Shown: piece by piece, positions 56,671 through 64,000 of the stretch
Layout of the letters: every line of letters begins with the position of its first letter
How positions within the stretch are numbered: the stretch's first letter is position 1
DNA from: Gammaproteobacteria bacterium
Lineage (GTDB): Bacteria; Pseudomonadota; Gammaproteobacteria; Eutrophobiales; Eutrophobiaceae
Assembly (NCBI GenBank): GCA_965250225.1
Contig: CBDFNQ010000028.1
Span: forward strand, 12,438-76,437
DNA length: 64,000 nucleotides
Direction of reading: 5' to 3'
Position numbers and translations under genes: made by a program
Notes under the pieces: model-generated
The model's input: only the letters and a program-made list of their open reading frames with translations
The model's database searches: none
Told to the model about the DNA's origin: nothing

Positions 56671-59600
56671 ATGCGCTTACGCAAGATCAAGTTGTCCGGC
56701 TTTAAATCCTTCGTAGATCCGACCACCCTGACTGTCCCTGGACAGCTAGTCGGTATTGTCGGGCCGAATGGTTGTGGCAAATCCAATATAATCGACGCTG
56801 TTACCTGGGTTATGGGCGAATCTTCGGCCAAACACCTTCGCGGTGATTCGCTGACCGATGTGATTTTTAATGGTTCGACTAACCGACAACCCGTTAGTCA
56901 AGCTTCGGTAGAGCTGCTGTTTGACAACAGCGAGAAAAAAATCACTGGCGAATTTGCCAGCTACAATGAAATTTCCATCAAGCGCAAAATCAATCGGGAA
57001 GCCATATCCACCTATTACCTCAACGGTACTCGTTGTCGAAGACGTGATATCACTGCGTTATTCCTCGGAACGGGTTTAGGTCCAAGAAGCTATTCCATCA
57101 TTGAACAAGGCATGATTTCACGCTTGATCGAGGCCAAACCTGAAGAGCTACGCGTTTTTATTGAAGAAGCTGCCGGGATATCCAAGTACAGAGAACGACG
57201 TCGTGAAACTGAAAATCGTATCCGTCATGCCAAAGAAAACATCGCTCGTTTGAATGACATTCAGGAAGAACTGGAAAAACAACTGTCACATCTTCATCGC
57301 CAGGCCAAAGCAGCTGAGCGTTATAAGTTATTAAAAGTTGATGAACGCAAATACGAATCCGAATTACTGGCATTGAACTGGAAAGAATTAGAAGAAAAAA
57401 GTAATAAAGAACAATTACTAACAAGAGAAAGCGAAACTAAAGTTGAAAAAGCAATTGCAGATTTGCGTCAACGAGAGAGCGATATTGAAAAACAACGCAG
57501 CGGTTTGTCTGATGCCAATGAACATTTTAACCAACGACAAACGTCTTTCTATCAAGTCGGTGGTGATATCTCAAAATTAGAACAGACCATCAAGCATACT
57601 CAGGAACGGATTGAGGCGAGTAAGAATGATTTGCAGCTGGCTGAAACACAGACAGTCGAACTGGAACAGCAATACAGGCAGGATCAAGAAAGACTGAAAC
57701 AATTGTCTGAAGAATCTGTCAATCTTCAACCAGAACTATTAGGTTCGCGCTCCGAAAGTGATAAGGCCTATGAAGGTTTGAATCTGGCTGAACAGGCAAT
57801 GCAAAGTTGGCAGACCGAATGGGATACGTTTAATGAGCAATCTGCCAATTATATTCAAAGACTACAGGTAAATCGAACACGCAGTGAATACCTTGAGGGT
57901 GCCCAGGAAGAACAAACGTATCGGTTTCAGAGCCTGACTGAAGAATATGAGAGCATCGACCCTTCAGTTATCAAGCAATCACTGACTGAGAAAAAAACAG
58001 CCATTGAACAGGCCAACACTGAATTCGAACATACCAAAACACTCATGGACAAGGAACAACAAGCCCTCAGTCAGCTGACCGAACAACATCAGACAATGTT
58101 GGACGAACAGGCCAAACAACGTGAAGAGAAACAACGTTACGCTGCTCGTTTAGAGAGTTTGAAGGCATTACAGGAAAGTGCCTACGGTGAAGATGACCCG
58201 ACAATCAAAACCTGGTTGCAGGACAACCAGTTAGATACTGCAGCCAGACTTGCTCAGCAACTCGATATAGACAACGAATGGGCCGCAGCCTTTGAAGTTG
58301 TTCTGTCTGATCATTTGCAAGCCGTCTGCGTAAATGATTTGGAAACTGCGGCGAATAACTTATCGCAATTTAACTCCGGTAGCCTGGAATTGATGCAGAT
58401 CAATAGTGACACATTTACTCCGCAAGAAAGACAGTGGCCGAGTTTGTCCGAAAAAATTACATCACCAGAATCAGTAAAATCAATCGTTGCAGATATTTTC
58501 ATTGCCAATAATCTATCTGCTGCACTTGAGATACGTCCTTTACTAGTCGCTGGCCAGTCAGTGGTGAGTAAAGATGGTATCTGGTTAGGAAGGAACTGGG
58601 TACGGATTATCCGGGCAAAAGGTCAGGATGCCAGTTTGATTTCACGGGAACAGGAAATTCAGAAATTGAATCAACAGCTTGAATCTTTATCTCAAGGGCT
58701 GGTGTCACTGGAGAATGATTTGTCTAACAGCAAACGTGAGCTGGACATTAAATCGAATAATATTGATGAACTCAGAAATAATGCACAAAGACAACAAACC
58801 GTTGTATCGGAACTAAAAGGCCAGTTGGTAGCGAGTGAATCTCAGCTCGACCAGTTATCCAGCCGTTCAGAAAAGATCAATGAACAACTTGAAGAACTTG
58901 AGCACAATCGCAATCGTGAAAAGGATGAGCTGCAACGGCTTGGAGCAGAATTGGTGGAAACAGAGACACTAACGGGCGCCATGGATCAACAGAAATCTCA
59001 ATTGATGTTAATGCGAGATCAGTATCGGGAATCTTTGAATACCGCCAGGACTGCCTGGCAAACAACACATGAGCAAAGTCATGGGATAGCACTACAACTT
59101 GAGGCAATAACCTCGCAAAACGCTTCTCTTGAACAGGCTGTCAAACGTAATGAAATGCAACTGGAACATGTTCGCCATCGTCGTCAGGAGTTGAGCAAAC
59201 TGATTGGTGAATCCACTGAACCATTAGTCACCATGCAAACTGAACTGGATGGTAAGCTGTCTGATAAAGTTAATGCTGAGAAGACGTTAACGGAAGCGCG
59301 CGTGGCGGTGCAAACAATTGAGTCTGAGATTCGCAAACTGGAAGAACAACGGACACAGAATGAACAAGTTGTGTTGAGTCGTCGTGAGGAACTTGAAAAG
59401 GTGCGGATGACAGCACAAGAAACCCGGATACGTCGGGAGGCCATCGAGGAGCAATTTGAGTCTGCCGATCAGGAACTCAAAACAGTTCTGGAAGAATTAC
59501 CAGAACAGGCAGTTCAGAAGGAATGGCAAGAACAACTTGAATCCATTACCCGTAAGATCCAGCGTTTGGGCGCAATCAATCTGGCAGCCATTGATGAGCA

Positions 59601-60183
59601 TTCACAGTTATCGGAACGTAAAAACTATCTGGATAGTCAGCAAGCAGATATTAATGAGGCGCTGGAAACACTGGAAACGGCGATCCGAAAAATTGATCAG
59701 GAAACAAAATCTCGATTCAAGGAAACCTTCGATAATTTAAATACCAATCTGAAAGAAACTTTCCCGCAAATTTTTGGTGGAGGTAGTGCCTATCTGGAAT
59801 TGACCAGTCAAGATTTACTGGAAACTGGCATTACTGTGATGGCGCGGCCACCGGGCAAACGCAATACCACCATCCATTTATTATCAGGTGGTGAAAAGGC
59901 ATTAACCGCTGTAGCGTTAGTATTCTCAATTTTCAAACTGAATCCTGCGCCTTTTTGCATACTCGATGAGGTTGATGCGCCGCTTGATGATGCCAACACT
60001 GAACGATTTAGTGAATTGGTTAAGTCCATGTCTGATGAAGTGCAATTTATTGTGATTACACATAATAAAATTACTATGGAGATAGCACAGCAATTACTTG
60101 GTGTGACCATGCACGAGCCGGGTGTCTCCCGCCTTGTCAGCGTGGATGTGGATGCTGCCGTCGAGATGGCAGCTAGCGCCTAA
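56671..60183 (+). CDS. smc: Chromosome segregation protein SMC
   Basis: MRLRKIKLSGFKSFVD...GIVGPNGCGKSNIIDA (Walker A), a long coiled coil with a hinge, LSGGEKALTAVAL, ILDEVDAPLD. Confidence 0.9.
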   Translation: MRLRKIKLSGFKSFVDPTTLTVPGQLVGIVGPNGCGKSNIIDAVTWVMGESSAKHLRGDSLTDVIFNGSTNRQPVSQASVELLFDNSEKKITGEFASYNEISIKRKINREAISTYYLNGTRCRRRDITALFLGTGLGPRSYSIIEQGMISRLIEAKPEELRVFIEEAAGISKYRERRRETENRIRHAKENIARLNDIQEELEKQLSHLHRQAKAAERYKLLKVDERKYESELLALNWKELEEKSNKEQLLTRESETKVEKAIADLRQRESDIEKQRSGLSDANEHFNQRQTSFYQVGGDISKLEQTIKHTQERIEASKNDLQLAETQTVELEQQYRQDQERLKQLSEESVNLQPELLGSRSESDKAYEGLNLAEQAMQSWQTEWDTFNEQSANYIQRLQVNRTRSEYLEGAQEEQTYRFQSLTEEYESIDPSVIKQSLTEKKTAIEQANTEFEHTKTLMDKEQQALSQLTEQHQTMLDEQAKQREEKQRYAARLESLKALQESAYGEDDPTIKTWLQDNQLDTAARLAQQLDIDNEWAAAFEVVLSDHLQAVCVNDLETAANNLSQFNSGSLELMQINSDTFTPQERQWPSLSEKITSPESVKSIVADIFIANNLSAALEIRPLLVAGQSVVSKDGIWLGRNWVRIIRAKGQDASLISREQEIQKLNQQLESLSQGLVSLENDLSNSKRELDIKSNNIDELRNNAQRQQTVVSELKGQLVASESQLDQLSSRSEKINEQLEELEHNRNREKDELQRLGAELVETETLTGAMDQQKSQLMLMRDQYRESLNTARTAWQTTHEQSHGIALQLEAITSQNASLEQAVKRNEMQLEHVRHRRQELSKLIGESTEPLVTMQTELDGKLSDKVNAEKTLTEARVAVQTIESEIRKLEEQRTQNEQVVLSRREELEKVRMTAQETRIRREAIEEQFESADQELKTVLEELPEQAVQKEWQEQLESITRKIQRLGAINLAAIDEHSQLSERKNYLDSQQADINEALETLETAIRKIDQETKSRFKETFDNLNTNLKETFPQIFGGGSAYLELTSQDLLETGITVMARPPGKRNTTIHLLSGGEKALTAVALVFSIFKLNPAPFCILDEVDAPLDDANTERFSELVKSMSDEVQFIVITHNKITMEIAQQLLGVTMHEPGVSRLVSVDVDAAVEMAASA

Positions 60184-60254
60184 CATTTCTTTTGACGGAA
60201 AATGCTTCCTTTCTTAATTGGAGGAAAAATTCGTGCAAGGTGGTAATTTCATAA

Positions 60255-61028
60255 ATGGATAGCTTACGCTGGGTTTTGTTAACAATCGGTGCATTAATCG
60301 TTCTGGGAATTTATCTCTGGGATTTTTACGCGAATAAACGCAAACCTAAACGCCATACCGAAGTTATTTTCAACCCCGATCCAGATTCTGAACTTCCTAT
60401 GACAGCTTTCGATGATGAACCACGTGATTATATCGATGCTATTTCAGGTTTGAATAAAATTCTCCACGAAGAGGAAAACAATAAGAAAGAAAAATCTGAC
60501 AGCCAAACGGTGATTCGAAGAGGAAAAATTTCCAGAAAATACAATGTGGATGATGATTTCTTTGGTAAGCCCTTAGTGAATGATGTGCTTGAAGGAGAGG
60601 AGCTTCCGCCAGAAGATGAGATATTGATCCTACGAGTTATTGCAAAGGAAGGTAAAGTATTCGAGGGGCTAAAATTATTAACGGCCACCAAAAATGTTGA
60701 GATGAAATTCGGTAATATGAATATTTTTCATCATTATGGTGTTGGGCAAATGAAGAGCGACAAACCTTTATTCAGTTTGGCCAACATGTTTGAGCCTGGC
60801 GAATTTAATTTACAGGAAATGGATTCGTTTACTACCAAAGGTGTGGTTATTTATATGTCTTTACCAACGAGTGTCGATGCTATTCCTGGTTTTGAATTAA
60901 TGTTAAGCACCTGCCAACGTCTTGCCGATGAGCTTGGGGGAGAGTTAAGAGGCATGACGAATGAAGCACTTGATGATCATGTCATACAGTCGATGCGTGA
61001 AAAAGCCCAACGTTTTGCAAATACTTAA
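60255..61028 (+). CDS. zipA: Cell division protein ZipA
   Basis: N-terminal TM helix, charged linker and a C-terminal FtsZ-binding domain (ILILRVIAKEG...FHHY...FSLANMFEPGEF). smc-zipA-ligA order. Confidence 0.8.
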   Translation: MDSLRWVLLTIGALIVLGIYLWDFYANKRKPKRHTEVIFNPDPDSELPMTAFDDEPRDYIDAISGLNKILHEEENNKKEKSDSQTVIRRGKISRKYNVDDDFFGKPLVNDVLEGEELPPEDEILILRVIAKEGKVFEGLKLLTATKNVEMKFGNMNIFHHYGVGQMKSDKPLFSLANMFEPGEFNLQEMDSFTTKGVVIYMSLPTSVDAIPGFELMLSTCQRLADELGGELRGMTNEALDDHVIQSMREKAQRFANT

Positions 61029-61048
61029 AAAATCTAAAAGCCTGTTGA

Positions 61049-63064
<2,016 letters not shown>

Positions 63065-63126
63065 GAACAAGCTTAAGCCAGTCCTCGAAAAAATAAGAAT
63101 GACTTCAGTCCGATACCAAGGACGAT

Positions 63127-63957
63127 TTACTCTGCGATAATAACCCGATTTCTGCCTTCCGATTTTGCTTTATAAAGTGCTTTGTCTGCACGTTGTAATA
63201 GTGCATCTTTCGTCCCAGCAGAATTTTGTGTGGCCACACCAATACTCGCAGTAACTCGTATGTCGTGATTTTGATGTGGGCAATGCATTTTTTCAACTGC
63301 TTCTCGAATACGGTTTGCGAGCAACAAGGCACCATCTTCCTGGGTATTCCTTAACAAAATGAGAAATTCTTCACCGCCGTATCGAAATATAATATCACTT
63401 CGACGAACACAAGCTTTCATGGATTCAGCAAGGGATTTCAGGACAGCATCACCTGCGATGTGTCCATAGGTGTCATTAATATTTTTAAATTTATCAAGAT
63501 CGAGCATTAATACAGACAATGATAGATTGTGTCTATTTGCAAAATCGAGTTCCTGATCCAGGGCGTTGTCCATCGCAGCACGATTATTTAAATCGGTCAG
63601 TGGATCACGGTAGGCGGTTTCAACAGCGCGTTTATACAATAAAGAATTGCGTACAGGATAAAGCAGCGCAGCGATTAAGGCCTCGAGTTGATTCAGTTCT
63701 TCTTTTGTAAAAGGTTTAGCTCGGTAAAAACTCACTTCTCCCAGGTTTTTTTTCAGTAATACCAGTTTGTAACTGTAGCTGTGAAGATCATTTTTACCAA
63801 AATCGATACTAATATTTTCATTCAGATTTTTATAACTAAAACCATCGTGAGGGATAAAGGCACTGACTTCATCATCATAGAGCTCGAGCAGCTTACGCAG
63901 GTCGAGTGTACTTTGTAGCGTATTTGCCAGTCCTAAAAAATGTTGCTCCTCATTCAT
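63127..63957 (-). CDS. GGDEF-domain diguanylate cyclase with an N-terminal sensory domain
   Basis: DPLTDLNNR...DLDKFKNINDTYGHIAGD...RYGGEEFLILL...ADKALYKAKSEGRNR. Confidence 0.8.
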   Translation of the reverse strand: MNEEQHFLGLANTLQSTLDLRKLLELYDDEVSAFIPHDGFSYKNLNENISIDFGKNDLHSYSYKLVLLKKNLGEVSFYRAKPFTKEELNQLEALIAALLYPVRNSLLYKRAVETAYRDPLTDLNNRAAMDNALDQELDFANRHNLSLSVLMLDLDKFKNINDTYGHIAGDAVLKSLAESMKACVRRSDIIFRYGGEEFLILLRNTQEDGALLLANRIREAVEKMHCPHQNHDIRVTASIGVATQNSAGTKDALLQRADKALYKAKSEGRNRVIIAE

Positions 63958-64000
63958 GCTATGTCTCTGAGCATTCGCCTGACTTTGGTTGTTCTGTTGT

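Overview
Visibly AT-rich chromosomal segment that looks like a gammaproteobacterial methylotroph or methanotroph-type organism. Supporting synteny and content: smc-zipA-ligA, dksA-gluQ, pqqBCDE, tetrahydromethanopterin/methanofuran genes, and metH.

Layout, left to right:
- 1-2.3 kb: transposase remnant, a frameshifted DUF867 gene and a TraB/GumN gene.
- 2.4-8.3 kb: OMF-MFP-RND efflux operon.
- 8.5-12.4 kb: aldehyde-dehydrogenase-like gene, DsbA/HCCA-isomerase-like gene and a receiver-Ser/Thr-kinase fusion.
- 12.5-20.1 kb: Vibrio-type TonB2 operon (ttpB-ttpC-exbB-exbD-tonB-ttpD) divergent from a TonB-dependent receptor. ttpC, exbB and exbD carry four secure one-base frameshifts between them, all at A/T homopolymers. 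tonB and the receptor carry further candidate ones.
- 20.2-24.4 kb: HisKA_3 kinase, LuxR regulator, beta-propeller and binding protein typical of PQQ-alcohol-dehydrogenase clusters, with no dehydrogenase.
- 25.1-26.3 kb: porin.
- 26.6-31 kb: Phd/PIN and RHH/RelE toxin-antitoxin pairs interleaved with pip-folP.
- 31-34 kb: pqqEDCB, with no recognisable pqqA.
- 34.4-37.6 kb: H4MPT/methanofuran/pterin genes.
- 37.6-45.5 kb: accessory and mobile-element zone. It holds a GIY-YIG gene bracketed by palindromic repeats, ParDE, a MITE with a 13-bp tandem array, RayT, IS110 and rve fragments, a hemerythrin-GGDEF gene, and an intact IS10-like IS4-family element inserted into a MITE end.
- 45.5-53 kb: metH with an SAH riboswitch, back-to-back with a cobalamin riboswitch controlling btuB, a small membrane protein and a PduO adenosyltransferase.
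- 53-64 kb: frameshifted gluQ, a Zn-finger-less DksA with a Lys-rich tail, cysZ, queF, smc, zipA, ligA and a GGDEF protein.

No rRNA, tRNA or CRISPR was seen. All calls come from reading the sequence and the ORF translations, and no searches were run.
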